Shown one piece after another: positions 15,903-17,719 of a stretch of DNA of 17,719 nucleotides. Made by a program: the position numbers and the translations under genes. The DNA lies in the NCBI GenBank assembly GCA_964658025.1, contig CAZZXB010000059.1, forward strand, positions 1-17,719. Reading direction: 5' to 3'. Within the stretch, counting starts at the first letter, position 1. Every line of letters begins with the position of its first letter. The DNA comes from an uncultured Janthinobacterium sp. Its GTDB lineage: Bacteria; Vulcanimicrobiota; Vulcanimicrobiia; Vulcanimicrobiales; Vulcanimicrobiaceae. Below the pieces are notes generated by a model. That model searched no databases. It was given only the letters and a program-made list of their open reading frames with translations, and had not been told where the DNA came from.

Positions 15903-17198
15903 ATGCAAAAATTTCGTCTGCTGCCGACCGCGATCATCGGCCTCATCGGTGCCGTCATCGGAAGCTTTTCGATGATGGTCTTCGCGAGCACGCACTTCGC
16001 GGGCGTCGCGGGTCCCGGCAACTCGCCCCCGGCGCTGAGCGCCGCGCCGCTCCCCTCGACGGGCGGCAGCGATCAGGATCGCATCGTCAGCGCCGTCAAA
16101 CGCGTCGCCCCGTCGGTCGTCGCGCTCAACGTCACGGTGAACGGCCAACAGGTCATGCCCATGGATCCGTTCGCGCAGATGTTCGGTCAGCAGGGACCCC
16201 AGCGCGTCCAGAAATTCAAGGCGCGCGCCTCGGGCTCGGGCTTCGTCTACTCGCGGAACGCCGACGGGTCGGGGCTCATCGTCACGAACGCGCACGTCGT
16301 CAGCCCGCCGAACGGTTCGAACGTCTCGGGGATCCAGGTCGTGTTCTCCAACGGCGAGCACGTCGCGGGCAAGGTCTTCTCGGAATCGATCGGCTCGGAT
16401 CTGGCGCTCGTCAAGGTCGACGGCGTGAAGAACATGCCGCCGCCCGTCGATATCGCCGATTCCACGAAGCTCCAAGCGGGCCAATGGGCGATCGCGATCG
16501 GCGAACCGTTCGAACTCAAGCAGTCGGTCTCGGTCGGCGTCGTCTCGGGCTTCAATCGGGACGAGACGATCGGGAGCGAGAGCGGCGGCTCGATCGACTT
16601 CAAGGGCCTGTTGCAAACGTCGGCCCCGATCAACCCGGGTAACTCGGGCGGCCCGCTCATCGACGTCGAGGGGCGCCTGATCGGCGTGAACCAGTCGACG
16701 GCGAACCCGCAGGCGGGCGCGCAGGGTATCGGTTTCGCGGTTCCCTCGAACACGGTCCGAGAGCAGGTCGCCTACCTCGAAAAACAGCCGGGCGTCCATC
16801 AGGGCACGAACGCGGGCTTCATCGGCGCGGCGCTCGCGACGATCACCCCGAATCTCAGCGTCCAGCTCAACTATCAGGGCAAGGGCGTCGCGGTCCAACA
16901 GGTCGTCTCGGGGAGCCCGGCCGACCAAGCGGGTCTCCAACCGGGTGACGTGATCCAGAAGGTCAACGGCTCGCCCGTGACCGCGAACGAGGAAGTCGTC
17001 AAGGCGATCAAGGCGACGAAGCCCGGCTCCAGCATCAATCTCGAAGTCTGGAGCGCGGGCGTGAAAAAGCTCGTCAGCGTGAAGGTCCAGGAGCGCCCGG
17101 CCGACGTCGGTCAGGCCTTCGGCCAACAGGGCGGCGGGATGCAGCAAGGCGGCGGCGACCCGAGCCAGGGTCAGGGCGGAGACGGCTCGCAGCCGTAA
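15903..17198 (+). CDS. htrA: HtrA/DegP-family serine protease (trypsin domain plus one PDZ), 431 aa
   Basis: N-terminal hydrophobic anchor, SGSGF, TNAHVV (His), DLALVKV (Asp), INPGNSGGPL (Ser), GIGFAVP and PDZ motif GSPADQAGLQPGDVI; Gln/Gly-rich tail. Confidence 0.93.
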   Translation: MQKFRLLPTAIIGLIGAVIGSFSMMVFASTHFAGVAGPGNSPPALSAAPLPSTGGSDQDRIVSAVKRVAPSVVALNVTVNGQQVMPMDPFAQMFGQQGPQRVQKFKARASGSGFVYSRNADGSGLIVTNAHVVSPPNGSNVSGIQVVFSNGEHVAGKVFSESIGSDLALVKVDGVKNMPPPVDIADSTKLQAGQWAIAIGEPFELKQSVSVGVVSGFNRDETIGSESGGSIDFKGLLQTSAPINPGNSGGPLIDVEGRLIGVNQSTANPQAGAQGIGFAVPSNTVREQVAYLEKQPGVHQGTNAGFIGAALATITPNLSVQLNYQGKGVAVQQVVSGSPADQAGLQPGDVIQKVNGSPVTANEEVVKAIKATKPGSSINLEVWSAGVKKLVSVKVQERPADVGQAFGQQGGGMQQGGGDPSQGQGGDGSQP

Positions 17199-17239
17199 CC
17201 GTTCGCGCCGAGGCACGACCGGGCGAAGCCTTGCGAAGC

Positions 17240-17281
17240 CGGCCTCGGGGAGCGAAACTCTCCGGGGCCGTCGTCGTATCT
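17240..17281 (+). terminator. Probable intrinsic terminator after htrA
   Basis: 13-bp stem cggcctcggggag / ctctccggggccg (two G-U pairs) with a cgaaa loop, about 40 nt after the stop, followed by a weak U-tract (tcgtcgtatct). Confidence 0.6.
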
Positions 17282-17293
17282 AAGGGTACGTAA

Positions 17294-17719
<426 letters not shown>

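Noticed and set aside
15405..17216. 603-aa minus-strand ORF and similar antisense ORFs over the export operon
   Set aside because: Shadows of htrA and the ABC genes; no domains and biased R/D/V/A composition.

Overview
High-GC bacterial chromosomal window with no sign of mobile elements, CRISPR, rRNA or tRNA. Gene style tentatively suggests a diderm Terrabacteria lineage such as Eremiobacterota/Vulcanimicrobiota (inference only). Left to right: a minus-strand lipoprotein with a six-bladed NHL-type beta-propeller; a YflT-like general stress protein; an atypical isocitrate/isopropylmalate dehydrogenase-family enzyme followed by an uncalled 45-aa ORF; and a tightly coupled minus-strand operon of rnj (RNase J), a small Tat-signal protein, an amidase and an EamA/DMT transporter. 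Divergent from rnj is a 90-aa orphan ORF with a perfect Shine-Dalgarno, then a six-gene envelope export operon (Yip1/YknW-like protein, TolC, long membrane-fusion protein, two MacB/YknZ-like permeases, ABC ATPase), an HtrA protease, a terminator, a structured leader and the 5' end of dnaK. Best candidates for undescribed biology: the Tat small subunit plus signal-less amidase pair inside the rnj operon, the YknWXYZ-like pump with TolC and two permeases, and the multi-hairpin dnaK leader. All calls come from motif recognition by eye; no database searches or folding programs were run.
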